Source of the DNA: Patescibacteria group bacterium
GTDB taxonomy: Bacteria; Patescibacteriota; Patescibacteriia; UBA10025; JAHIVO01
Length of the DNA: 64,000 bases
Assembly (NCBI GenBank): GCA_041660605.1
Contig: JBAZWB010000001.1
Span: 137,295-201,294, forward strand
Direction of reading: 5' to 3'
The notes beneath the pieces are model-generated. The model was not told the DNA's origin, ran no database searches, and was given only the letters and a program-made list of their open reading frames with translations. Positions 18,587 through 30,077 of this stretch are shown here, piece after piece (position 1 is the stretch's first letter; every line of letters starts with the position of its first letter). The position numbers and the translations under genes were made by a program.

Positions 18587-18738
18587 TTAGTGGTAAGTAG
18601 AAAGTTGTAGGAAGAAGGAAAAGAAGAAAGAAGTATGTAGAAAGTCTTATACCTAACATCCTTTTTCCAAACTTACTTCTTTAAACTTTAAACTAAAGAC
18701 CAATTTCGAAATTATACATTATTCATTATAAATCTTAA

Positions 18739-20400
<1,662 letters not shown>

Positions 20401-20544
20401 GAATTTCGGAAAACCCTTTTAGAAAGTGTTTTCCGATACCTTTCGCAAAATATTTGTATCGCTCGGTTCGGGACCCACGAGACCCGCAACCTCGCGATGA
20501 TCAGGAATAATAATCACCTGCACCTTTTAATATAAATTATAAAC

Positions 20545-20572
20545 AAAGCTCCTGGTTTTCACTGGGAGTTTT
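20545..20572 (+). terminator. groESL terminator
   Basis: aaagctcctgg-ttttca-ctgggagtttt. Confidence 0.6.
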
Positions 20573-20642
20573 GTTGTTTATGAAGGCGTTTGCGATTTAT
20601 TTAATTAAAAAAACCACTCCAAGGGGAGCGTTATAAAATTGA

Positions 20643-20691
20643 TTGACAAACTACAATTTATTTGGTATCGTAAAAAACTTGCTCATTGACA
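20643..20691 (+). promoter_or_regulatory. sigma70 promoter followed by boxA-like motif
   Basis: TTGACA-17-TATCGT, then TGCTCATTGACA (10/12 to boxA TGCTCTTTAACA). Confidence 0.65.
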
Positions 20692-20857
20692 AAGCAAGAC
20701 GCATCAAATATCGCGGCTAATGCCGTGCGGAGCAAGGTACCGAAGTCACGCCTTACTCCAGCGAAGGATTTCCCTTTGATAGATGCGCGACCTTACGGCT
20801 CACGTATTTCGGCCTACATGAAATAGGGTAGGAAGTTCAGGGTGAGAAGGAGGATTT

Positions 20858-21691
20858 ATGTCAGATTTTCTTGTTACCACTAGGCTCACGCTCAATGCCT
20901 GTTTTAGGTCACACTGGCATTGTCATGAATCCATAACGTATGGCAATGTTACAGATCAGTGTCGAGCTGATTTGGGGCAAAACGCCCTTGACGTTCCAGA
21001 GTGTCCAACTGAGGAATGGTGTGAAGCGCGAGGCGGGAGTAGTCATTTCGTATTTATTCCAGTTTTTTGCAAAGCCTGCAATGTGTGGACATTCCACGCA
21101 TACTCGAATTTTGGTGGGGACGCCTACTATAAGTGGAAAACATTCCGATTTTGGCAGTTTGGCGACTCATCGTCAGTTGACTTCAGGTTCGTTGCGAGCT
21201 ATCATAGCGAAAAACCATTTTGCGGTATTATTGAAATGGTTGTTCGTTTTGGCTGGCGGCTTCGAAAATCTATTCATTTTAGGTTTCCGATTACAGAATT
21301 TTCAAATACGCCATGTTTCTCGTTCAAGGCTGCTTTGCTAAAGTCGTTTCTTTACAACTCTACTTTAGTTGAAGGGAGTAGTAGGCGATTCGCAAAACTA
21401 TGTCAATTTTCTCAAGATGAGGCATTGCAGAATTTTTTCCCTCAGCTGGCGGGTTATGAAAGTAAAGCCGAACTGTTGAAGCGAAATGCAATTGCGACGG
21501 TATTTGATCTTCACCGACTGAAGGATAGCATCCAGGCCCCATCGTTGCAGTTGACGCGCGAGGTATTACAGCGCGCAGTATTGGATTACGACCCAGAATC
21601 GCGTAAAATATTCCTCGACGCAGGTATTCCGTTACCGGAATCGGGGCAATCGCAAACTGGAGAAATCCGCGGAACAAACGTTCCTGGCTGA
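20858..21691 (+). CDS. Hypothetical protein, Cys/His-rich N-terminus (ORFan cassette)
   Basis: AAGGAGG SD; CFRSHWHC, CPTEEWC, CKAC; terminator 21716-21746. Confidence 0.75.
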   Translation: MSDFLVTTRLTLNACFRSHWHCHESITYGNVTDQCRADLGQNALDVPECPTEEWCEARGGSSHFVFIPVFCKACNVWTFHAYSNFGGDAYYKWKTFRFWQFGDSSSVDFRFVASYHSEKPFCGIIEMVVRFGWRLRKSIHFRFPITEFSNTPCFSFKAALLKSFLYNSTLVEGSSRRFAKLCQFSQDEALQNFFPQLAGYESKAELLKRNAIATVFDLHRLKDSIQAPSLQLTREVLQRAVLDYDPESRKIFLDAGIPLPESGQSQTGEIRGTNVPG

Positions 21692-21848
21692 TAGCTACCA
21701 AAGTTCATTTTATCCCGGGATTGAGGAAACTCAGTCCCGATTTTTTATGTATTTAAAGAACTATTCTAATAAAAAATTGTTCTAAGCAATTAGTTTGTCA
21801 AAACACATTTAATAACCTATAATTCAGTCAGAAGATTAAATCAAAAAT

Positions 21849-22346
21849 ATGCCGGAAATTATCCAGGAAAAAAATGACAATATTTCTGCGGATAATGACG
21901 CCTTGATCGCGGGCAAAAGCCCGTCGTTTTACTGGCAGGCCAGCCGCTGGTTTGCCTTGCTTTTAGTTGTACTGGAAGCATTGAATATCAAGTTTGATTT
22001 TTTCAAATACGCGGAGTGGGTGATTATTGTGGCGGTTTTTGCTGTTTTTGCCTTTTGGCTGCAAACTCGCAGGCGAATCAGTCTGACCGCGGCCCTGGTT
22101 GCCGGCGTTTTTCTGGGCGTTATTTCCGGTTTATTGCTGGCAATTTTTGACATTATTTGGTATCATCAATGGTGGTACCTGCTGAATCTTATCAGAATGC
22201 CATTTATAAACACGGCGGTGGGGGCAGCGACTATATTAGTTTTCTATCTATTGATTCAAAGTTTAAAAAACAATAAAATTTTTAAAGCCTCGAAAGGGGG
22301 TGGCAATTATGGAGGAAAAGAAACCAACTACAGTAAATACCGATAG
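21849..22346 (+). CDS. Hypothetical membrane protein
   Basis: Four hydrophobic segments. Confidence 0.7.
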   Translation: MPEIIQEKNDNISADNDALIAGKSPSFYWQASRWFALLLVVLEALNIKFDFFKYAEWVIIVAVFAVFAFWLQTRRRISLTAALVAGVFLGVISGLLLAIFDIIWYHQWWYLLNLIRMPFINTAVGAATILVFYLLIQSLKNNKIFKASKGGGNYGGKETNYSKYR

Positions 22347-22611
22347 CAATTTAATGGGCGCTTTATCGTATGTCTGGATACTCAGCGTGGTGATGTTGAT
22401 CATAAAAAAGGACGATGAATTCGTGAAATTTCATGCCAAACAGGGTTTGATTCTTTTTATCGCGTCTTTTATCGGCGTAGTACCGGTGATCGGCTGGGCA
22501 ATCTGGCTGGTGGTAGTGGTCCTGGATATCGTCGGATTTATCAAAGCTTTATCGGGTGAGAGATACAAAATGCCGGTTATCGGCGACATCGCTGGCAAAA
22601 TTAAACTATAA
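22309..22611 (+). CDS. DUF4870-like small membrane protein
   Basis: ALSYVWILS, FVKFHAKQGL, KALSGERYKMPVIG pattern; likely ATG 22309. Confidence 0.8.
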   Translation: MEEKKPTTVNTDSNLMGALSYVWILSVVMLIIKKDDEFVKFHAKQGLILFIASFIGVVPVIGWAIWLVVVVLDIVGFIKALSGERYKMPVIGDIAGKIKL

Positions 22612-22714
22612 ATATTACCGTTTAATAAGATAATATTACAAAGAGTCCGATTTTAATATTCGGGCTTTTTGTGTTATAATTATAGAAAGATTATTATTTA
22701 TTAACTATTTTTTT

Positions 22715-25117
22715 ATGGCAAAAAAAATGAACAGGCAGATAAAAACAATTCTTTGGTTTAATGAAATCGGCATCAAAGATGTGCCCCTGGTTGGCGGCAA
22801 AAACGCTTCCCTGGGTGAAATGTACCGCAATCTGGTGCAGAAAGGCGTATTGGTACCCAACGGCTTCGCCATTACGGCCAGCGCTTATTTTTATTTAATA
22901 AAAGAAGCGGGCATCATGCAGCGCATACGCCAGATATTATCCGACCTGAATACCAAGAGTCTGAAAAATTTAATGGTACGCGGCGCAAAGGTTCGTCAGA
23001 CGATTTTACACGCTGAAATACCGGCGGATTTAAAACAGGAAATCGTCGTTTCCTATAGAAAATTAGAAAAAAAATACGGGAAGAACTGCGATGTAGCGGT
23101 TCGTTCTTCTGCAACAGCTGAAGATCTACCCGATGCTTCGTTCGCCGGACAGCAGGAGACCTATCTGAACATCCGCGGCGAGAAGGCACTGCTGGAAGCC
23201 TGCAAAAAATGTTTTGCCTCTTTATTTACCAACCGCGCTATTTCTTACCGCGTAGACAAAGGCTTTGACCATTTCAAAATCGGCCTGTCCATCGGCGTGC
23301 AGAAAATGGCTCGTTCGGACAAGGCCTGCTCCGGCGTGATGTTTTCCATTGATACCGAATCAGGATTTAAAAATGCAGTATTGATAAACGGTTCCTGGGG
23401 GCTAGGTGAAAATATCGTGCAGGGCGCGGTTACTCCGGATGAATTCTATATTTTCAAACCCACGCTGGATAAATACAAGCCGATTTTAACGAGAAAGCTG
23501 GGCACCAAGCTTATAAAAATGGTGTACAGCACCGGCGCGCAGCCGACTAAGAATATTCCCACTACTACCGAGGAAAGGAATAAATACGTTTTAACGGACA
23601 AGGAAATTCTACAGCTGGCCAAATGGGCGGTAGTCATTGAAAAACATTACAAAAAACCCATGGACATGGAATGGGCTAAGGATGGAGTTGATAATAAGCT
23701 TTATATTGTACAAGCGCGCCCGGAAACCGTGCAGTCCCAGCGCGACATGTCCGTTCTGGAAGAATATCAGCTGGGCAAGAAGGGGAAAGTGCTGGCAGTC
23801 GGTTCGCCGGTTGGAGCGAAGATTGGATCCGGCACTGCGCGGGTAATCTTTGACGTAAAAAATATTAGCGAATTTAAAAAAGGCGAGGTGCTAGTTACCG
23901 ATATGACGGATCCGGACTGGGAGCCGATCATGAAAATCGCCTCGGCCATTATAACTAACCGCGGCGGACGTACCTGCCACGCGGCCATCATTTCCCGCGA
24001 ACTCGGCATTCCCTGCATCGTCGGTACCGGTAACGCCACTCGCCTGATAAAAACCGGCCGCAAAGTAACCGTTTCCTGCGCCGAAGGCGAGGAAGGCTAT
24101 GTTTATGACGGCATTATGCCTTATAAAGTGAAAAGGACTAATCTGAAAAAGCTAGGCCGCCCGCGCACCAAGATTATGATGAATATCGGCACTCCGGAAA
24201 TGGCTTTCAGCCAGAGCTTCATACCGAATGACGGCGTGGGTTTGGCGCGCGAGGAATTTATCATTTCCAGCTATATCAAAATTCATCCGCAGGCTTTATT
24301 AAAATATCCAAGATTGAAAGATAAGAAAGCTGTTAAGCAGATCGCTGAACTTACCGCTATGTATAAAAATAAACCGCAATATTATGTAGATAAACTGGCC
24401 TCTGGCCTGGCCTTGATTGGCGCGGCTTTCTACCCCAAGGACGTGATTTTCCGCCTGGCTGATTTCAAATCCAATGAATATGCTAACCTTATCGGCGGCA
24501 AGGAATTTGAACCGGTAGAGGACAATCCTATGATCGGCTGGCGCGGTGCTTCCCGCTATTACGACGAGAATTACAAGGCGGCTTTCGCCCTGGAGTGCCA
24601 GGCTTTTAAGAAAGTCCGTGACGGAATGGGTCTCCATAACATCAAAGTAATGGTACCGTTCTGCCGTACGGTGGAGGAAGGCAAGAAAGTTATCGCGGAA
24701 ATGGCTAAAAACGGGCTGAAACACGGCGAAAAGGGTTTGGAAATATATGTGATGTGCGAAATACCCTCCAATGTCATTATCGCCGAGGAGTTCTGCAAAA
24801 TTTTTGATGGGTTTTCCATCGGCACCAATGATTTAACCCAGTTAACCCTGGGAGTTGACCGCGATTCAGAGCTGGTCGCCCATGTCTATGACGAACGCAA
24901 TCTGGCGGTGAAAAGGCTGGTCTCGGGAATTATCAGGGCGGGTAAAAAATATCACCGCAAGGTTGGTATCTGCGGTCAGGCGCCGTCTGATTATCCGGAA
25001 TTCGCCAGGTTTATCACCAAAGAGGGCATTGACAGTATGTCATTAAATCCTGATACGATAATTAAAACCACCATTGATATTATCAAGACGGAGAAGTCGC
25101 TGAAAAAGAGAAAATAA
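22715..25117 (+). CDS. ppsA: Phosphoenolpyruvate synthase
   Basis: VGGKNASLGEM, AVRSSATAEDLPDASFAGQQETY, GGRTCHAAI phospho-His, FSIGTNDLTQ, ICGQAPSD. Confidence 0.98.
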   Translation: MAKKMNRQIKTILWFNEIGIKDVPLVGGKNASLGEMYRNLVQKGVLVPNGFAITASAYFYLIKEAGIMQRIRQILSDLNTKSLKNLMVRGAKVRQTILHAEIPADLKQEIVVSYRKLEKKYGKNCDVAVRSSATAEDLPDASFAGQQETYLNIRGEKALLEACKKCFASLFTNRAISYRVDKGFDHFKIGLSIGVQKMARSDKACSGVMFSIDTESGFKNAVLINGSWGLGENIVQGAVTPDEFYIFKPTLDKYKPILTRKLGTKLIKMVYSTGAQPTKNIPTTTEERNKYVLTDKEILQLAKWAVVIEKHYKKPMDMEWAKDGVDNKLYIVQARPETVQSQRDMSVLEEYQLGKKGKVLAVGSPVGAKIGSGTARVIFDVKNISEFKKGEVLVTDMTDPDWEPIMKIASAIITNRGGRTCHAAIISRELGIPCIVGTGNATRLIKTGRKVTVSCAEGEEGYVYDGIMPYKVKRTNLKKLGRPRTKIMMNIGTPEMAFSQSFIPNDGVGLAREEFIISSYIKIHPQALLKYPRLKDKKAVKQIAELTAMYKNKPQYYVDKLASGLALIGAAFYPKDVIFRLADFKSNEYANLIGGKEFEPVEDNPMIGWRGASRYYDENYKAAFALECQAFKKVRDGMGLHNIKVMVPFCRTVEEGKKVIAEMAKNGLKHGEKGLEIYVMCEIPSNVIIAEEFCKIFDGFSIGTNDLTQLTLGVDRDSELVAHVYDERNLAVKRLVSGIIRAGKKYHRKVGICGQAPSDYPEFARFITKEGIDSMSLNPDTIIKTTIDIIKTEKSLKKRK

Positions 25118-25133
25118 ATTCAGTTTAAATTTT

Positions 25134-25163
25134 AAACCGGTTGCTATATGGCAGCCGGTTTTT
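25134..25163 (+). terminator. ppsA terminator
   Basis: aaaccggttgc-tatatg-gcagccggttttt. Confidence 0.75.
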
Positions 25164-25209
25164 CATTTAATCCTGATGGTTTTTAGTCGTGGTTTTGTTG
25201 CAATCAGCT

Positions 25210-26272
25210 GTGCCTGTTGTATTGACTAAAGGTTTTAAACGGGAGGCTAGCGGAGACATATTGGTTAAAAACCGCTTACGTTGCTAATCTTTAATCGAGA
25301 TTTCTCCACTCCTCTTCGGCTACGCTCAGAGTCGGTCGAAATGACAGACGTTTGTTCTGGTAAAACCCTTATGACAGGCACTTACGTTTGTCGCCTCGAC
25401 CGATCCCGTCATCCTTCGGTGAGTGGTAGGAGTCCCCGTTGGACACAACTAACGTTGCTAATCTTCAACCGAGATTTCTCCGCTCCTCTTCGGCTACGCT
25501 CAGAGTCGGTCGAAGTGACACACGCCGATGGATTATCAACACCGAGCTACAAACTCAACCAACGCCTGTCACCTCGACCGAGTCACGCGGAGCGTGATGA
25601 GTGGAGAGGTCTCTGTAAATGCCACCTCACTCATTCATACCACCCCTCGCTCAAATCATTCCAACAGGGATTCATATTATTAATTAACCATTCTTTTTTT
25701 CCCCGTCGCCACCGTTTTATTTGTTTTTCCCTTTGTATCGCCACAAAAATATCGTCATGCACTTCGTAATACACTAGCTTGTTAACATTATACTTATTAG
25801 TAAAACCAGGATTTACTTTAGTCTTATGTTGCCAAACCCGACTTTCAAGATTTGAAGTCACCCCGACATACAAAACATTCTTTCTTTTATTAGTCAAAAT
25901 ATAAACGTAATATTGCCTTGCCATAATAAAAATTCCTTCCGTTTGGGGAAGGCTATGCTGTTATGCTACTACTTTTTCGAATGTTGTCAAATACTACCAG
26001 CATTTTTTATTCAAGCCGAGATTTCTCCACTCCCACCGCTTGCGCGGCGGTCGGTCGAAATGACAGACGTTTGTTCAGGTAAAACCCTAATGACTGGCAT
26101 TCACGCTTGTCATGTCGACCCCCTCGACTACGCCCCTTCGATAAACTCAGAGGCTACGCTCGGGGCAGGCTTTACGGAGACATCTCTGTTAATTACCACC
26201 CACGTTATTCGCCCTAATCGAGATTTCTCGACGAAGTTTACCCTGAGCATAGCCGATGTGCTCGAAGTGACA
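25210..26272. repeat. Array of inverted REP-like doublets around the GIY-YIG gene
   Basis: Alternating tgtc..tcgacc..gag..tct units (25389, 25567, 26108; degenerate ~25210) and their reverse complement gagatttctc..tcgaa(a/g)tgaca (25297, 25471, 26018, 26220). Confidence 0.9.
25631..25924 (-). CDS. Stand-alone GIY-YIG nuclease (UPF0213/YhbQ-like)
   Basis: YVYILTN..LYVGVTSNLESRVWQHK, FTNKY, LVYYE, AIQREKQIKRWRR. Confidence 0.92.
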   Translation of the reverse strand: MARQYYVYILTNKRKNVLYVGVTSNLESRVWQHKTKVNPGFTNKYNVNKLVYYEVHDDIFVAIQREKQIKRWRRGKKEWLINNMNPCWNDLSEGWYE

Positions 26273-26395
26273 AATATGGCGGATAAAAAAAGAAACGGTT
26301 GCTTTCTAGGGCAACCGTTCTGTAGGTGTAAAAATCCAATACTAAAGGAAGCTATTAATCTCGGCTAGAGACTAATAGACTCCCGGACTTGGTCG

Positions 26396-26566
26396 TCAAG
26401 TGAACCTAGAGGGGAAAAATCTTTTCCAGTCCAGTGCTCCCTTGGTAGGGATATGTATGCCATCCCATGCAACTTTTAGCCGGGCGGCACACACTAGGCA
26501 CACAAAGCTCCTGCAGAGGAGCAGACCAATGTCCGGGAAGGATCGATGCAGCAAATTAATGTACAT
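26396..26566 (-). CDS. Possible small protein (56 aa)
   Basis: GGAGG SD at 26574-26578, TTGACA-16-TATCCT with extended TG, terminator 26285-26319; no recognisable motif. Confidence 0.4.
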   Translation of the reverse strand: MYINLLHRSFPDIGLLLCRSFVCLVCAARLKVAWDGIHIPTKGALDWKRFFPSRFT

Positions 26567-26726
26567 AGATTTCCCTCCACGGTTATTCTTCAATTAGGAT
26601 AGCAGTTGCATTTTATTTGTCAATTTTTTAACGAATTATTACTGGCAATTACGCTTGACTTAAGGCCTGGACTTTGTTAGGATTTTTTAATTAGTTCTTT
26701 GATATCATAACAAATGGAGACAGAAA

Positions 26727-29045
26727 ATGACGCAAATTGTCGGTTTCGAGTTTGAGGAAGTAGTAGTAGTCGCGGAAAGCCCACACGATATTTTTTCTCC
26801 CCAGCTGCGCAAAGCCGGCATCAAATACAAAAGATGTTCGGAACGCGAGGCGCGGGAGTTAATACTCGGAGATTCTGCGCTTATCATTGTCGTGAATTTA
26901 GGCGCTGAAAAAGTAGGCGAGCGGTTAAGAGCTCTATTTCCCCGAGCGCAGGTAGTTGTCTGTACCGGCGGCGAGAAGGTTTTTGATCCGCGGGTAGTCG
27001 TAGTGCACGGGAAAGGCGAGCATGACCTGCACCGCTTTTCCGACTGGGGAGGCTTTATCAGGCTTATTGGCCAACGGTTAAAGCCGCTGCCCAGGATTTT
27101 CACGCCGGTTCCCGGAGGGCACGACCTGTTTACTTATCTTCAGCCGGAGGAAGATGACTATGCGTACTGTCCGCAAGGGCTCAGCGACGCTTCCGGCACT
27201 ATGCTGAATATGTCCATAGTTTATCTGCGCTGGTACCGGCAGTGGCTGGAGGATGTCAGCAAAATTTCTTTTGATTGCCACTTCAGTTTTTCCGGCAAGA
27301 AAAGAAAAGTCAGGCGCGTGACGGTGCTGGTGGATGAAGTGACATTTATTCATCTTGGGCTGCCGATTTTCCACGAGGAAGACCGGGTGACATTCTTTGA
27401 CTCTGGCGGCAACGAGCACCGGGCTATTGTTGAGCGCATCGGCGATGAAGAAATGAAACTGTATTTTCCGGAAGAGTTGGACCGTTTTGTCGCGGAAGAT
27501 CTGGTTTTTTTCCAGAGAGATGTGGACAACGGCCTGATTGAGGCGCAACTGCAGCTTTGCGAGAATTTTACCACGGGCATGATTGCCAATTATTCCCTTC
27601 CCTGGCTAGTGGCTACCGGCCAGTACAGAAATCAGCAGGCTGACCCGCAAGATAGAGTTTGCTTGCCTGAACGTGAATGGCGCAGGCTGTCCCAGGACCG
27701 TTCGCAGTGTTTGGCCCTGGTTGACATGGTTGGGACGGCTAATTTGGTTTTTACCAATGGACCAGCCGGTACGGGCAAGACTTTCGTTATCTCGCAAGCC
27801 ATACCCCAAAATATCAGTCGCAGGAAAGTCACGCTAGTGCTATCCCATTCCAACAGGGGACTGGATAATATGATAGCCGCCATTGCCAAGCGGTTTACTG
27901 ATCATCGTCTTATTTATCGCCTGGGCAATAGCCAGGATAGCGTGGCTCCAGAGGCACTGCCTTTTCACCGGAGCCAGCGCTTCCGCGGTCCTGACGATAG
28001 GCCGTATCCAGAGGCACGGCAGGCTATGGAGGAGACTCGTAACATTTTGGAGCAATTAGATTTTGGCGACGGCATTGTCATTGGGTGCACCTTGACCTCG
28101 TTCTGGCTGGATAAGACGATGCTAGCTTTGCAGAAGAGCGGGATCCGGTTCCAGGTCGCTTATGTGGACGAAGCTTCGCGCTGCTATTTCTTTGAGCTGC
28201 TGCCTATCCTGCGCGCGGTGGCGGAAAAAGTCATTTTTGTCCTTGATCCCGAACAGCTGGGCAATATCGGCTTGTCTCCCCAGGCTAAGGATCACTTGGT
28301 GCAAAAAGGTTTTGAACCCGGGCAAATTGACGAATTCTTGGCAGGCTGGCCGGCCAGTGTCATTAAGAAGCGCCTGCTTAATTCCAGGATGCTGACAGTC
28401 AACAGGCGTTCCTTGCCTGTGATTTGCCGGCTGGTTAGTGAGGTTTTTTACGACGGTGAGCTTGAATCCGGACGTTTTGATCCGAATAATTCCGGGCAGG
28501 TTATTTTCTACGATACGGCCGCCGCGCAGGATAAGGGCCAGGAACGGCATCACAAATCTTTCAAGAATAGGCGTGAGGCTAATATAGCCGTTAGCTATGT
28601 TGTTAAACGCCTGGCTGCCGGCACAGCGCCAGATCAGATTGGGATTATTACTCCTTACCGGGGACAGATCGGCCTGATCCGGGGCAAGCTACGGCAAGAA
28701 TTGCTTTTTAACGACAAGCTGAAAGCGGTTCGCCAGCGGTATAACATTAACGCTGAAACTATTGATGCCATAGCCACTGCCATGGTGGATACGGTGGATG
28801 CTTTCCAGGGATCAGAGCGGACAGAGATAATCCTAAGCTTCGTCCGCTCAAATGACGAAGGCGACGTGGGTTTCAACCGCTTCGTCAACCGTTTATTGGT
28901 GGCGTTCTCGCGAGCCCGCAACCGCCTGGTGATAATCGGGGATACGCAGACTTTCCTGGCTTCGGAATTTCCAGAAGTGGTCAGGATATTCAAGCAGGTA
29001 ATTGAGTACGTGAAAAAGTATGGTACATACGTGGAGGTAAAATAA
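26727..29045 (+). CDS. SF1B UPF1/DNA2/NAM7-like helicase with N-terminal receiver-like domain
   Basis: GPAGTGKT, SHSNRGLDN, VDEAS, ITPYRGQ, TVDAFQGSE, NRLLVAFSRAR; promoter TTGACT-17-TAGGAT at 26655-26683. Confidence 0.9.
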   Translation: MTQIVGFEFEEVVVVAESPHDIFSPQLRKAGIKYKRCSEREARELILGDSALIIVVNLGAEKVGERLRALFPRAQVVVCTGGEKVFDPRVVVVHGKGEHDLHRFSDWGGFIRLIGQRLKPLPRIFTPVPGGHDLFTYLQPEEDDYAYCPQGLSDASGTMLNMSIVYLRWYRQWLEDVSKISFDCHFSFSGKKRKVRRVTVLVDEVTFIHLGLPIFHEEDRVTFFDSGGNEHRAIVERIGDEEMKLYFPEELDRFVAEDLVFFQRDVDNGLIEAQLQLCENFTTGMIANYSLPWLVATGQYRNQQADPQDRVCLPEREWRRLSQDRSQCLALVDMVGTANLVFTNGPAGTGKTFVISQAIPQNISRRKVTLVLSHSNRGLDNMIAAIAKRFTDHRLIYRLGNSQDSVAPEALPFHRSQRFRGPDDRPYPEARQAMEETRNILEQLDFGDGIVIGCTLTSFWLDKTMLALQKSGIRFQVAYVDEASRCYFFELLPILRAVAEKVIFVLDPEQLGNIGLSPQAKDHLVQKGFEPGQIDEFLAGWPASVIKKRLLNSRMLTVNRRSLPVICRLVSEVFYDGELESGRFDPNNSGQVIFYDTAAAQDKGQERHHKSFKNRREANIAVSYVVKRLAAGTAPDQIGIITPYRGQIGLIRGKLRQELLFNDKLKAVRQRYNINAETIDAIATAMVDTVDAFQGSERTEIILSFVRSNDEGDVGFNRFVNRLLVAFSRARNRLVIIGDTQTFLASEFPEVVRIFKQVIEYVKKYGTYVEVK

Positions 29046-29047
29046 GT

Positions 29048-29092
29048 AAAAAAATAGGGTGGCTGTGGCAAACAGTCACCCTTTAGTTTTTT
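29048..29092. terminator. Bidirectional intrinsic terminator
   Basis: agggtggctgt-ggcaa-acagtcaccct with A-run left and T-run right. Confidence 0.75.
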
Positions 29093-29203
29093 GGTCAGGT
29101 CCAAGCTTTATTAAATGCCTTGCAAGTTGCATATAATATTTTTGCCTATACCCCTTCGAATGCCATCAGTGAGGTAAGGAAGCCAGTTAACGTAAGCGTT
29201 AAC

Positions 29204-29440
29204 CTAGTAAAAGGACCGGACCCCTCTTCGAACTCCACCGTGGGTCTTCGCCGTAGTCAACTGCTCATCGCCGTCATGACATATATGATAAGAAGACCAT
29301 TGGCCGTGCAACCACCTACGAATTGCACTGACCAGCTGCCTGCTCCCAGAGAGATTTTCTCTCTTGAACAGGGGCGGAATTGAAGAGGAAATGAACCCTG
29401 CTGGGACTATCCCAAAAGCGAACCTTTGAGAAAGTAGCAT
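29204..29440 (-). CDS. Possible small protein (78 aa)
   Basis: GGAGGAGG SD, TTGACA-16-TAAGAT with extended TG at 29510-29537; no recognisable motif. Confidence 0.4.
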   Translation of the reverse strand: MLLSQRFAFGIVPAGFISSSIPPLFKRENLSGSRQLVSAIRRWLHGQWSSYHICHDGDEQLTTAKTHGGVRRGVRSFY

Positions 29441-29568
29441 TAGAGAACCTCCTCCCTATTCCAGAAATGTAACCGTCCGTACACTAGGCACTGCGACTGT
29501 TACGTGCATATCTTAGCAGAATAAATAATACTGTCAAGGGATTTTTAATGAATTTGAACTCACGCGAT

Positions 29569-29902
29569 TGTCTCCTCGACCGATCCCGTCATCCGTCAGG
29601 GGAGTGGCGGGAACCTCCGTTAAACATAACTAACTTTGTTAATCTCCAAGTCGAGATTTCTCCATTCGTCCTCGTTCCACTCGGGCTCAGTCGAAATGAC
29701 ATGCGTTTTTTGACGACAAACAACACTTGATAAAACCACCCACGTCTGTCATGTCGACCGAGTTACGCGTAGCGTGATGAGCGGAGACATCTCGGTTAAA
29801 CACCACCTCAGCCAGCCCTAACCGAGATTTCTCCATTCAATCTGCCCCGAGCGTAGCCTCTGAGTTTATCGAAGGGGCGTAGTCGAAGGGCTCGAGGTGA
29901 CA
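29569..29902. repeat. Second REP-like doublet array (two doublets, no gene)
   Basis: Units at 29569, 29653, 29747, 29824 match those around the GIY-YIG gene. Confidence 0.9.
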
Positions 29903-30077
29903 AGCGTGGCGGATAAAAAGAGGCGGCAATCGTATAAGTTCCATTGGCATGAACCCCCCTTGTTTTATAATCAAAGGGTGGTATGATATACTGATTTTAG
30001 GCATTTTTTAACAAAAAGATGCAGAGGTGAGTTTAACTACGTTTTTTAAGAAGCTGCATCTAAAGTGCAATCAAAGC

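Noticed and set aside
25281-26368. ORFs 25281..25769 and 25913..26368 (also 29548..29730)
   Set aside because: Read-through of REP-like repeats; peptide repeats simply mirror DNA repeats.
25210-29902. CRISPR or integron attC interpretation of the repeat arrays
   Set aside because: Units alternate in orientation, have variable internal loops and duplicated linkers; no cas or integrase present.
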